A program made the translations under genes and the position numbers. Positions 25,218-37,407 of a DNA stretch of 64,000 nt are shown here, piece by piece. The DNA lies in NCBI RefSeq assembly GCF_006345805.1, contig NC_043000.1, positions 140,802,001-140,866,000 on the forward strand, in the 5' to 3' direction. The DNA is from Octopus sinensis. Lineage: Eukaryota. The notes under the pieces are model-generated. The model had not been told where the DNA came from and ran no database searches. It saw nothing but the letters and a program-made list of their open reading frames with translations. Position 1 is the first letter of the stretch. Each line of letters starts with the position of its first letter.

Positions 25218-26700
25218 CATCATCATCATCATCATCATTTAACGTCCGCTTTCCATGCTAGCATGGGTTGGACGGTTCAACTGGGGTCTGGGGAGCCCGA
25301 AAGCTGCACCAGTCCAGTCAGATCTGGCAGTGTTTCTACAGCTGGATGCCCTTCCTAACGCCAACCACTCCGAGAGTGTAGTGGGTGATTTTATGTGCCA
25401 CCAACACAGGTGCCAGACGAGGCTGGCAAACGGCCACGCTCGGATGGTGTTTTTTATGTGCCACCGACACAGGTGCCAGACGAGGCTGGCAGACGGCCAC
25501 GCTCGGATGGTGTTTTTATGTGCCACCGACACAGGTGCCAGATGAGGCTGGCAAACGGCCACAATCGGATGGTGCTTGTTACGTGCCCACAGCACGGAGG
25601 CCAGTCGATGCGCTACTGGCTACGGCCACGTTCGGATGGTTTTATTGTGTGCCACGTGCCACCGGCACTGGTACCACAAAGATACAAATTCCATTGATGT
25701 TCATCTATTTTGATTTGTTTTGATTTGATTTTCACTTGCCTCAACAGGTCTTCACAAGTGTCACAAGAAGGAAGGTATGCACAGGTGGACTGAGTACGTC
25801 CCAGGTAGGGGCCATGGGTTATGGCCTGACTAGTCTTGCCGGGTCTTCGGATGGTGTTTTTATGTACCACCGACACAGGTGCTAGATGAGGCTGGCGAAC
25901 GGCCACGATCGGATGGTGTTTGTCATGTGCCCACCGCACTGACTACAGCACTGATGGATTTCTTGTGTGCCACAGGCACTGGTACCACAAGATACAAATT
26001 CCATTGATGTTCATCTATTTTGTCTATTTTGATTTGATTTGATTTGATTTGATTTGATTTTCACTTACCTCAACCGGTCTTCACAAGTGTCACAAGAAGG
26101 AAGGTATGCACAGGTGGACTGACTAGTCTTGCCGGGTCTTTGGAAGGTGTTTTTATGTGCCACCGACACAGGTGCCAGATGAGGCTGGCAAACGGCCATG
26201 ATCGGATGGTGTTTGTTACGTGCCCACAGCACGGAGGCCGGTCGATGCGGAACTGGCTACGGCCACGTTCAGATGGTTCTCATGTGTGCCACCGGCACTG
26301 GTACCACAAAGTGTGAGCCACCGGCACTGGTACCACAAAGATACAAATTCCATTGATGTTCATCTATTTTGATTTGTTTTGATTTTGATTTTGATTTTCA
26401 CTTGCCTCAACAGGTCTTCACAAGTGTCACAAGAAGGAAGGTATGCACAGGTGGACTGAGTACGTCCCAGGTAGGGGCCATGGGTTATGGCCTGACTAGT
26501 CTTGCCGGGTCTTCGGATGGTGTTTTTATGTGCCACCGACACAGGTGCTAGATGAGGCTGGCGAACGGCCACGATCGGATGGTGTTTGTCATGTGCCCAC
26601 AGCACGGAGGCCAGTCGATGCGGTACTGGCTACGGCCACTTTCGGATGGTTTTCTCTTGTGTGTCACCGGCACTGGTACCACAAAGATACAAATTCCATA
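25217..26700 (-). mobile_element. RTE LINE 3'-UTR-type element with tandemly amplified internal modules
   Basis: (CAT)n tail at ~25217, three ~60-bp units at ~25390-25570, and a ~300-370-bp macro-unit repeated about four times to 26700. Confidence 0.85.
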
Positions 26701-27360
26701 TATAAAAGAAAAAGTGCATGAAGCACACAGAACTTATTTATGGAGTGACAGGAATACCACCAACAACAACAATAACAACAACAACATCATCATCATCATT
26801 GTAGATTATTATTAATAGCAACAATAGTGATAATAATGTTATAATATCATTGTCTTATTGCCTGTTAAACATGTGCTACATTCTTCTAGCTTGAAGGTGT
26901 ATGAAAATCTCTTGAGATAAATATATATTTCATTACATAGATATTTCTGAAGGCACATAGTCAAACCAACAATGGATAGAAATTTGTCGTCTTAAGATAA
27001 TCTAGTACAAAGGAAAACTCAGAGACAGCATGCGATAACAACAATGAGACAGAGAACATGATTGACAAAGGAAATTAATTGAAAGATCTTGTGAGGCGAC
27101 TACAAGGTTTTCATAAATACTCACATGATGTACAAGTGTGATCGATGTATCAATACCAGAATCACATATATCCAGTTTCCATCTGATCGGACAAAAATAA
27201 AAATAAAAAAATAAATAATTCAGCTACATGAACAGTAAAAAAAAAAAAAAGAAACAGGAAAAAGAAGCCACTGTTTGATAACAAGCCAATGGGGAAGACT
27301 CTGCAAGGTTAACCAACCTGCAAGAAATAACAGTTAAATCTCTCTCAAACCACATGCTAC

Positions 27361-27770
27361 ATCATCATCATCATCGTTTAGCGTCCGCTTTCCATGCTAG
27401 CATGGGTTGGACGGTTCAACTGGGGTCTGGGAAGCCAGAAGGCTGCACCAGGCCCAGTCTGATCTGGCAATGTTTCTACGGCTGGATGCCCTTCTTAACG
27501 CCAACCACTCCGTGAGTGTAGTGGGTGATTTTTACGTGCCACTGGCATAGGTGCCAGAGAAGTCTGGCAAACGGCCACGATCGGATGGTGCTTTTTATGT
27601 GCCACTGGCACGGGGGCAGGTGAGGTTGGCAACGGCCACGAACGGATGGTGCTTTTTACGTGCCACCGGCATGAGGCAAGTCAGGGCGGTGCTGGCAATG
27701 GCCACATTCGGATGGTTCTCTTACATGCCACCGGCACTGGTATCTCAGCTGCAATTTCCATTGATCGATT
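27361..27770 (-). mobile_element. RTE LINE 3'-UTR-type element (family C)
   Basis: (CAT)n plus GCGTCCGCTTTCCATGCTAGCATGGGTTGG consensus. Confidence 0.88.
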
Positions 27771-27974
27771 TCGGAATTGGTTGTCCTCTTTAGTTTCCTT
27801 CAGAAATATTCCATATAATTACTAGTAGTCTTCTGTTTACCAGTAATTTAGAAATTGCTTGTCTATCATGATGGAACATTTACAAAATAATAATTCACTT
27901 CTTGTACAATTGTACATGGAGTTGCTTAGGTCCTTTTGAGCAATTGACAAGTTCTTTAATAACAGTATATCCTC

Positions 27975-28260
27975 TTTCCCCTTCTCCACCTCTTTTTCCT
28001 CCTCCTTTTCTTCTTCCTCCTCCTCCACTTCTTCCTCCTAATATCTTCTTTCTCCTTCTCTTCCACTTCCATATCCTCCTTCCCCTCCTCTACCACCGCT
28101 TCCTATTCCTGTTCCTCCTCCTCCACCACCACCACCTTGTCCTCCTCATCCTCATTTTCCTTGTCCTCATCCTCCTTGTCCACATCCTCCTTGTCGGTCA
28201 TCGTTGTTGTCGCCATTGTCATTGTTGTTGTCCTCTTCCTCCTCCTCATCATCATTTAAC
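27975..28260. repeat. Pyrimidine-rich trinucleotide low-complexity tract
   Basis: (CCT)/(CTT)/(CAT)/(GTT) runs. Confidence 0.9.
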
Positions 28261-28722
28261 ATCTACTTTCCATGCTGGCATTAGTTGGATGGTTTGATAA
28301 GATATAGCAAGCTGCAGTACTGCATCAAGCTCCAATGTCAGCTTTGGAATGGTCTCTACAGCAAGATAACCTTCTTAATGCCAACCATTTTACAGGGTGA
28401 ACTGGGAGATGTTTTTAAGCAATTGGTACTGGTGAGCTCACCAAGTAACTTGCAAAACACGAAAAAAAGAGGAAAAGGAAAAGCCCCTTCACTAAGTGAG
28501 GGGAATATTTGAGAGTCGGAGGTGGTTGGCGGTGGCTTTACCTCAGGTGTTTAGAAGCTAAAGTGTGATAGAGGGGCAAGCATAAACGTCTTGTGAAAGA
28601 CAAGATATGTGGTTGTTCCATATTATATAAAGAAGGGTGGGAGTAGCTGGGAAGAATATAAAAATGGTATGCAATGAGGTACCAGAGCAAACTGATGAAG
28701 TACAAGAAGGTAAGCATAGGAA

Positions 28723-28954
28723 GGTAAGCAGCGAGCTGGCAGAAACGTTAGCACACCGGGCGAAATGCTTAGCAGTATTTCGTCTGCGTTACGTTGTGAG
28801 TGCAAATTCCGCCGAGGTCGACTTTGCCTTTCATCCTTTCAGGGTGGATAAATTAAGTACCAGTTACGCACTGGGGTCGATGTAATCGACTTAATACCTA
28901 TGTCTGTCCTTGTTTGTTCCCTCTGTGTTTAGCCCCTATGGGTAATAAAGAAAT
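28723..28954 (+). mobile_element. SINE family B with 15-bp TSD
   Basis: AGGTAAGCATAGGAA at 28708-28722 and 28955-28969. Confidence 0.93.
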
Positions 28955-29479
28955 AGGTAAGCATAGGAAAATGTAGAGGTGCATAAGGGTGGCTATAGTG
29001 AGTCGGGCATGGTTGCAGTTATGAGACAGTGTTGAGAATACTAGTAGATACAAGAGGTGTTAAAGATTAGATATGGCAGATAATGAGATATAACTGAAGG
29101 TACAATAGGTTACTGGCGAAAGTAGTGTTGGAAGGGATGATAATGAAGATGACAGATGGAAGTGCTCACTTAGTGGAAGAAAAGGTAGTTGATAGTACAA
29201 AAGTGAATGTGGGGAAATGTAATTTGTACTGATTCTACAGTCAGGTGACGACAGCAATTGCATAGTGCCATAGATAAATGAGTAATGTTAGGGTGGAATT
29301 CAGGGGAAAGAGATATGAAAAAAGCTTGATGGAGCAAAAAGAATGTAGGGTCCTGCATGTACAAACATAAACAAAATACTTCTTGTGGTCTCTGTTTTGC
29401 GGTTATGGGTGGGTCCTTTCAAGCATAGCAAATCACTAATCACCTCAGTCCTTTGTCCTCTCCTCTTTGAGGCTCAGGA

Positions 29480-30130
29480 TGTTGTGATCAACCTTCATAA
29501 CTTTGTTCTATGTCTTTCTGGATTTTCCTCTTCTACAATTTCCATTCATGTTTAGCAACCACCACATCTGCATGCAGCAGCTCTCCACATCCATATGCAT
29601 CACATGACCAAGCCAGGGTAGTTTTCTCTCTTGCATGCTACATCTGATTACTCTTATGCCTAACTTTTCTTTCAATATATTAGCACTGCCGCACATCTGC
29701 ACACACATATGCCCAGCCAAAACAGCATACTAGATTCATTCTTCCATAGAAATTGCATGTCATCATCATGCAGGGCCCACATCTAAGTATGATGTAGTAT
29801 TGTTTTTTTTTACACACAAGCACCTTAAATCTGCCTTTCAATTTGGGAGAGCAATTTTTTGTTACTTACAGAAGTAATAACACAGAATTTTCTACACCCT
29901 ATTCTCATTCTAGCAACTATATTTTCTGGACATCTTCCTCCATTGCTTATTAGATCACCTAGATAACAAAACTATCTTCTACTGTTAGGAAGCCTGCAGA
30001 GCATTCAAGAAAATCTTTTCATCTGCGTCCTCAGTGTTTATTACTTCTGTGCATATTCCACATACATATACTACTTTTTCTGATGACCTTTCAGTGATTC
30101 CAGTGACCCTCTTGTATGTCCATAAAGTTA
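29480..30130 (-). pseudogene. Decayed RTE-clade LINE ORF2 C-terminal region
   Basis: WTYKRVTGI...YVCGICT..., YLGDLIS-like motif, and ...MQERKLPWLGHVMHM...RRGKSRKT. Confidence 0.85.
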
Positions 30131-30329
30131 TGAAAAGACAAAATGTTATGTAATTAGAAATAGAGAAATACAATGGCATTGGCCATATATTTATGAAGTA
30201 AAAATCTTAGTTTATCTATTTCCAATGTCTTTAATATCAGACAGAGCCATGAGAGAATTAAATAAGTTGGTATGAAAACATATTAGGAGCTAGTGAATAT
30301 TAATCTCTGGACACAATGTGCCGCTGTGA

Positions 30330-30596
30330 ATTGAACTCACGGCCTTACGATCATGAGCATGACACTTTATTTCATGGTGCTCCAGTCCACTCAGCTGGCA
30401 AAATTGAGTAGTACCTGTATTTCAAAGGGTCAGCTTTGTCACCCTCTGCGTCACGCTGAATCTCCCTGAGAGAACCACGTTAAGGGTACATGTGTTTGTG
30501 AAGTGCTCAGCCACTTGAATGTTAATTTCACGAGCAAGCTATTCTGTTGATTGTATCAGCTGGGATCCTCATCATCGTAACTGACAGAGTGCTCCT
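30330..30596 (-). mobile_element. Degenerate SINE family D fragment
   Basis: GTGCTCAGCCACTTGAATGTTAATTTCACGAGCAAGC...CATCATCGTAACTGACAGAGTGCT mirrors 12601-12700. Confidence 0.7.
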
Positions 30597-31461
30597 AATC
30601 TCTGGACGAAGAAGAATGGGGGACAATACTGAATGGTTTTGATTTCTTTACCATCATCAACAGAAATTTGGATTAATTACAAAAAAGTTTTTTACTCAGT
30701 CCTGTAAGACCACTTTACCAAAATTTAGTGGTGAACTGTTTTAAAACTATCAAAACTGTCACAGACAGTTGTTATCAAGTCCAATAAAATACTGTATTTG
30801 TAATCTTTACTGTCTTCAAAATAATGACATGAATATTTCATAATATTGTAACTTTTAGTTTTTCACTTTGTATATGTATTGTTCTTGAAATAGTGAATAT
30901 ACAAACAATATATAGAAAAGAAAGAAACAATATCATCTGCCACCTTTTCTTCATGTACAATCTTAAATGATATGCTTCAGCTAATATTCAAGTTGAGAAT
31001 CTCTTCAGTAAATCAAAGTTTGGTGATGATTTTAAAGTGTTCCTTACATAATTCAAGAACAATTTGATGAAGTAGACTGGCAAGGTAGACAGATTATTTG
31101 GAATTCTATTGAAACCAAAAGTACAAAGGCTGAACAATTCCAATTTCTGTAGTTATTTGCTTGAGATAAAATTGTATGTGAAAGTTGTACAAAATGAAAA
31201 TGTGGAACAAATATTCTGAAAATTCTGAAACTAAAATATTCTAAAACTCATTTAGATATCGAAGCATCATCATTGTCGTAACAACATTTGCAATAGTTAG
31301 TATGCCTAACACAATACACTTCTCATTTTAATGATAGCATTCAATTGTTTAGTACCTTGTCTTTAGTGGAGGTTATTCTGCTGTAAGCATTTGAATCGAT
31401 AAATCATGGTCCACTTAAGGCTATATTTCTTTTTATTTTTTTCAACTATTGATCTACTTAC

Positions 31462-31497
31462 CTGCAGTTCTTCATGAGTCACATAAATTTCACAGGT
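31462..31497 (-). CDS. Candidate 36-nt coding micro-exon (TCEIYVTHEELQ) of an unidentified host gene
   Basis: Acceptor ...GATCTCTGCAG| and consensus donor CAG|GTAAGT; phase 0-0 open frame; unique, non-repeat context. Confidence 0.45.
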
Positions 31498-32013
31498 CTG
31501 CAGAGATCACAGTGAAACCTACAAGGAAGATGAACAGTGTCTCTTCTCTTCTGAGTAATTCATTAATACCGATTCCATGAATTTCTTCCAGACTCTAATT
31601 ATTTGTCACTATAAGGAAAATCTTCCTTCATAAAATGCCTTTATCAATAAATCTCAAATTATGTCATGCTGAAGGTTCATAAAAAGAATGAAACAGTGCT
31701 GTACATGACCATCACTGACTAAAAAATGTATGACCTATGTAATAAGTAAACAACAAAAAAATTAAATGTGTGTACAGTATGCACCTTTTACTTAATTCCT
31801 TCATTTCAAATTTGAGTTTCTAATCCCACCAAAAATGTTTTAAAACTGATTGTCTCCCTTGTATTAACCGTCCACTAGGGACACCACACATATAGTGAAT
31901 TGTTTTGTTGGCTTGGACTGGAAGATGAGTCATAGTAATTACAATCTTAAATATGACTTGTAAACTGACATCTAGTGACTGTATATTCCTTGAAGAAAAT
32001 ATACCAGTCTCTT

Positions 32014-32271
32014 TTATTGCTCAATATTTTTCAGACGAGCATAAAGCTGTATGCATAAATACATGTGTTGTTGGTAGTTAACCTCAGGCAAGCCTTTATC
32101 AACAAACATATGAAAAAAAAAACCATCTAATTTTTGTTTCGGATATAACGCACCTAGGATTACATTATACAATATGTCCATTATTTCAAAGATGGTGGTG
32201 TTATTCAAGGAAAATTTAGCTACTATTTCTTGCAAGTTTAGTGAGCATATAGTTGTTCTACTATTAACTTG
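32014..32271 (-). CDS. Candidate exon/ORF remnant (~86 open codons), product unknown
   Basis: Open frame ...QEIVAKFSLNNTTIFEIMDILYNVILGALYPKQKLDGFFFHMFVDKGLPEVNYQQ... in unique sequence; splice sites not clearly defined. Confidence 0.3.
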   Translation of the reverse strand, partial: QVNSRTTICSLNLQEIVAKFSLNNTTIFEIMDILYNVILGALYPKQKLDGFFFHMFVDKGLPEVNYQQHMYLCIQLYARLKNIEQ

Positions 32272-33326
32272 TAACTATTTTTGACTATAATTTTACTAAA
32301 GGTATTAAATCCAACATTATACTAAAGCAGGAAAATTTTCCCAATAAAATTAACTAGATTTTGAAATGCTAAAATCTAAAACTAAGGCAATAAAAATTAA
32401 TAAACAAGCCTCAATAAACAACAATAATGTGTGGCCTTATATGGTCAATACTTCCATGTACTGCAGGCAGCAATTAATGATACAGAAATGACCCTCGCCT
32501 GGTTGAACAAATCATGCCTAAATAGCTTCATACATGTAACAACATTTGCCATAGCAGAACAGACCATAATATAAAATACATTAAGAAGAATATCAATAAT
32601 TCCCATAATCTTCATGACAAATGCCTATATAGCCTGAAATAATACACCATGTTGTGTAAGGATATCCAATATTATCTTTCACCCATACGCTTAGCTACAT
32701 AATAATGCTTCAAAATTTCTCTATATACGCAGGTCAAGAAGGTACATGTCCTAGTGGTAAGTCAATTGGGGTTTCGATCATAAAACTTAAGGTTCAAATC
32801 TCAGTCCAAAAGACACAAAATATTCTTTGGAAAGGCACTTTATTTCATGTTGTGCTAGCCCACTCATGTGGCAAAACTTAGATTGAGAGAACATCTGGAC
32901 AACATCAGATTAGAGTGGCAGCATTAATGAATCAGTGGATTGATCAAAATCTTCCTGTACAAAGAGGGATACATCTAGGAGTTGACTATAGTATTCTATC
33001 ATTAAATTTCACTCGTTGCATTGTCATATAATTTTGGCTCTCAGAAAAGAAATTTCTATGTATTTATACAAGGTTTAACTTGTTTTTAAAAAGAAATGGC
33101 ATACAATACTATAAAAGTATATCATACTAGCTGGACTACAAGCTAAAACTTTATAAATCTGACACATGACAAAAAATTATCTTAATAAAGGCTAAAGAAA
33201 GACCGGTAGCATAAAGTAGTTGTCAATATGTAATATTGACCTGAGAACTGCTTCAGTTATAGCCTTGTGTCTCAAAAAGGCTTGTGAGTAACTTTGGTAG
33301 ACAGAAGCCTGTTACATATACATACA

Positions 33327-34372
33327 TGGAATATCCCGTTGAAGACCTCAATAAGTACAACAGGCCTGAGAAAAAGAGTTTGGAGAGTGAAGAGAAACTG
33401 TGTACAGTTGTGGAAATTAGCTGCCCAGTGGATGTTAACATAAAGATCAATGAAGAAGAGAATACTTACGCTGAACTATTGAGAAATTTGCAGCTAATCT
33501 ATCCAGATTACAAGTTCAGGTTTATACCTGTAATTATCGGGGCTCTAGGATATGTAACACATTGCCTTTTTTTTATGAGCTTGTTTAGATGTGCAACTAA
33601 ATGCATGAGAATACATACATAAAGCAAAACATATAAATCTACATACATACATACATACATACATGGTGGCTGCCCCCTCATTATCAAGTATGGCCATTGC
33701 ACGAAGCTTAATCAATGTTGTTATCGTGCAATGCCTGTGCAAGAAGATATGTTTTTAAGTGAGGAAAGACTGTGCACTGAGTCAATCTCACTCACTAAGC
33801 AACAGCAGCCATAATCCGAAAAGAAGAACAAGTCAACTTCATCAATAACCACTGAGCCGCAGGTTTTATGTCGGAGTTATCCCAGTTATCTGAGTTGCCT
33901 TATTAGAAGGATGCCCTAACAAAGGCTTGGAGTCCTTCACTCCCAATGGTTTAACCGATCGATCGGGTATTCAGTCCGATTATTTCTATGTCCCCGCGCA
34001 TGATACAGCCTTAAGACATTTATTGGATGGCCGTTGACTCTCAAGAGTTCCTCCGCCTTTTGACGGGTTTTGTTTTTCATCCCGCAGGGTGACCAATAAA
34101 CACCCTCCTCACCAAGTAAGCTTGGTGGGGTTGCCGGTTTAGTCGCCAACAACCCGACCATGCAACAGGTTGTACTGGGTTACATGTTACCAGTAGCACT
34201 CAAAAGTGACCTGACATAATACATACATACATACATACATACATACATACATACATACATACATACATACATACATACATACATACATACATACAAACAA
34301 ACAAACAAACAAAACAACAAACAAAAATTACCCTGTTGTTGATATTGAAATTCCAGTGAAGGCGCCTCTATT
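33327..34372 (+). mobile_element. 3' part of an RLE-type (R2/R4/NeSL superfamily) non-LTR retrotransposon, interrupted by an insertion
   Basis: NRPE...EKLCTVVEISCPVDVNI...YPDYKFRFIPVIIGALGYV matches the restriction-like endonuclease C-terminus. 3' UTR pieces at 33575-33665 and 34320-34372 match 41644-41890. Confidence 0.8.
33666..34217. mobile_element. GC-richer interspersed repeat inserted in a (CATA)n tract; possibly a LINE 5' region on the minus strand
   Basis: Bounded on both sides by CATA repeats and compositionally distinct; family not assignable by eye. Confidence 0.5.
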
Positions 34373-35634
34373 CATATGAGAATCTCAAATGGAAAATGTT
34401 TGGAATGTCTCACAAATCTCCACTGTGCTACTAATAGTTTGGATCTGGAGAATCTACATCAGTTTGTTTTGCTCTTTCTCTGTGGAACTGAGCATTTCTA
34501 GCATTTTTTGCAGATCCTTCACTAGATATTAAGTGATAGTTGTAAAAGATCCTGACCATCATACAAGCAGTGTCATTCCTTTGCAATGTTCCTTGCAAAC
34601 ATGTCCTGTCATGAGGAAATAATAATAATGGTTGTCTCTCTTAATCCGATAAAGATGGTTCCGCTATTTCTTGCTGATCAACCTCCACAAATGATTTATT
34701 TATAGTGGTCAACGGTTTGTGTTGTACATCAGTTCACTCTATCTATCAAATCGATGTTGCCTGAGCAGGAGTACAGTGTACTACATATCAGGTGTCGAAT
34801 TGATCACAGAGCAAGTTTAGATGAAATGTTTTTCTCAAGAACACAATGCCCACCCAGTCCAGAAATTGAAACCTTGTTCTTGTAATTGTGAATGCAAAAC
34901 TCTAATCACTAGGCCATATGCCCTTACCACTGCATTCAGGCAAGAATTGGTAACCAAAAGGGCATCCAGCACACAAAGTTTATCCCAAGAAATCTCATCT
35001 GCCCCATGCAGGCATGGAAAAGTGGACGTTAAACTAACGAGGAATGATGAGAGATATGAACTCTATATTGAGGAATGAAGCAGTATATTCCTTTGCATTT
35101 ACTTTAACTTACTACTTTTTGGTACGTTGTCTGTTTTAATCTGATAATATTGATGATGATTATAATAATTATAATTTATGTGTTGAAGAAATCCAAATGA
35201 TGTAAGGAAGATGCATTATCGATTTGTGTGAGATGGTGATGAGTTTGCTGAAAATGACATTAGCCAACCTTCAAAGTAATTTCAAAACAAGAAAATATAT
35301 GGAAATATCTTTTCCCATATTTTATAGTTTCTTACAAAAACACAGCGAAAAATACCAGACAGTCTTGACTGATCAATTTAGTGTTGCTTCACATTTATTG
35401 ACTACCTGAAACATATGTCAGCTAAGCAGAAATCCATAATTAATTTTACCGCTGGCAAATACATTTCCTAAAATTAAAAATTAATGAATCAAAATAGCAT
35501 GTTTGCTGTTAACCTCAAGCAAAATCCATTGAGAATGATCATTAAAATGTGGAATTGGATGTATTACTGTGGAAGTTTTCTTGATTCCTAACAAATTTTG
35601 GTAAAATACTGATCTAATTGATTTATATCTTTTA

Positions 35635-36016
35635 TATTTTAGTTGTTTCAGTCATTAGACTGTGGCCATGCTGGGGCACTATCTTGAAGAATTTTCAGTC
35701 GAATGAATCGACCCCAGTACTTGATTTTTTAATTTCTTTGCTGGGTACTCTTTTGCTGAACTGCTAATATACAGGGACATAAATACACCAACATTGGTTG
35801 TCAAGTGGTTGTTAGGGGAGAAATACAAATACAAAGACACACACACATTCACACGCACACATACACACACACACACACACAGGTTTCTTTCAGTTTCCAT
35901 CTATCAAATCCATTTACAAGTTTTTGTTGGCCTGAGGCTTTAGTAGAAGATGCTTGCCCAAGGTGCAATGCAGTGGGACTGAACCTAGAACCATGTAATT
36001 GGGAAGCAAGCTTCTT
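35635..36016 (-). mobile_element. Old SINE family A body (its head lies at 37408-37440)
   Basis: Family-A sequence ends at GAAGCAAGCTTCTT (36003-36016) and resumes as GAAGCAAGTTTCTT-ACCACACAGCCAC at 37408-37434. Confidence 0.85.
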
Positions 36017-37407
36017 TATTTCAAGATTTTGCCATAAAGGCATTACATAGAAGGGGACACTACTACACATGTGGGAACATATAACAATTAAAAATATAAA
36101 AATAAAATATGATATAATGAATGATACATGAAAATGAACATGAAGAACAAATTAAAATATGATAATATGAATGATATCTGAAAATGATATTATGAAGAGT
36201 GTGCTACTCACCCGGTACTGAGTAACACCACTCGCTGCCTCTGGGTCCTAAGTCCTTTTTCTCCTTCAGTCCAGTCCTTTTTCTCCATCTCTTAGTGACA
36301 TCGTTCTCTCTGCCATGCATTCATAATCTTTTTCACTGTGAGTGGGGTCTTCTAAATTTTGTAGTGTCTGTTCTTTCTTTTTCTTTTTTTTCTTGTGGGG
36401 GATAGGGTGGGTGGGTTTGATGTCTGAGTGGTCTTGGGTGGGATGGAGTTGGACTGAGATACTACATCATACTCAATGTTTTTTTTCTTTTTTTCCTCTT
36501 TCACCTTCTCCTCTCTGTAACTTTCCATTCTTCCTCCTTTTTCTCATTTCCTCCGTCTATCTTTTCTTCCTCTCTTTTCTCTTCTGTCTCCACAACTGTA
36601 TCCTCAGCCATTGCCCTCTATAGAGGGCAGTATGCTCTGATGTGGTCCTCTACCTACACCCTCAGCACAATTTCCCTCAACGTCACATTCTCTACCAAGT
36701 TCTCTAGTTGACCCTCCTCCGTCTGAATAATTAACTCAAGCGTCCTTCCTTTCCACCCTCCTTCTGTTTCTGTGGCTTGGAGGACAGCCACTTTCTCCTT
36801 GCTTCCAACAAGGACAGCTGCCGCTACCCAAGTCACTTCTATATCCGGTGGAATTGCTTCTATCCTTACTGTGGAAGTTTTTCTTCCAAAGTATGTGAGC
36901 AGAAACACTACTACTTCTGTTTGCACCACCACACTTGCCAGCCTTCTCGCCTCCTCTACTGTCCTAAATTGAACGACCATCGTCCCATATCTCTTTCCTT
37001 TGGTAATATAAACTATTTCTTTCAACTTCTCCCTCAGCACCTTTTCCGTTTCAGCTTCCATCTGCTCAACCTCTTTTCTTTTAATGAGAACACCTTATAT
37101 GTGATCGTTTTTCTCTCCATTCTCTCCATAATTCCTTTGAGGGGTGACAGCCTCAGGTCCCCTCCCACCTTCTGTAACATCTTCTCATAATCCTTCAAAC
37201 CAGCCAAGTCCAACTCCCTTTGCTTCATCTCCATGACCTCTGCAAAACTCCTTGTCTTTTCCAACACTCTGTCCATCTTTATAACCTCCTCTGCTGAAGA
37301 CAATTCAGACGCACTAAAGTCTGAGTACATTGTCTCTCAATGCAGCAGCAAAAACCAACGTCTGACACAAGCAACAAACCAAATGCACTCTGGGTGATGC
37401 ATGCGCA
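36017..37407 (-). mobile_element. ORF1-only non-LTR retroelement (HAL1-like), copy 2, with 14-bp TSD
   Basis: TSD GAAGCAAG(C/T)TTCTT at 36003-36016 and 37408-37421; ~77-nt 5' UTR; ORF1 only; no RT. Confidence 0.8.
36620..37330 (-). pseudogene. Retroelement ORF1 (RRM-like domain + partial zinc knuckle), frameshifted
   Basis: 37330-37034 frameshifts into 37061-36654 (IVYITKGKRYGTMVVQFRTVEEARRLASV...FLLTYFGRK...IPP). After the stop, HIRAYCP is the second half of a CCHC knuckle. Homologous to 7881-8312. Confidence 0.8.

Noticed and set aside
25390-26700. CRISPR-like repeat periodicity
   Set aside because: Units repeat in their entirety with no unique spacers, in a eukaryotic retrotransposon context.
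34100-34217. Possible HDV-like ribozyme at the putative 5' end of the inserted repeat (minus strand)
   Set aside because: A partial P1 could be drawn, but P2/P3/L3 spacing did not fit by eye; a covariance search would be needed.
35224-35409. 61-aa plus-strand ORF; also 38061-38315, 39100-39294 and coding-looking patches at 30900-31150 and 50450-50950
   Set aside because: No convincing splice sites or homology; stop density in the extended frames is near random for this AT content.
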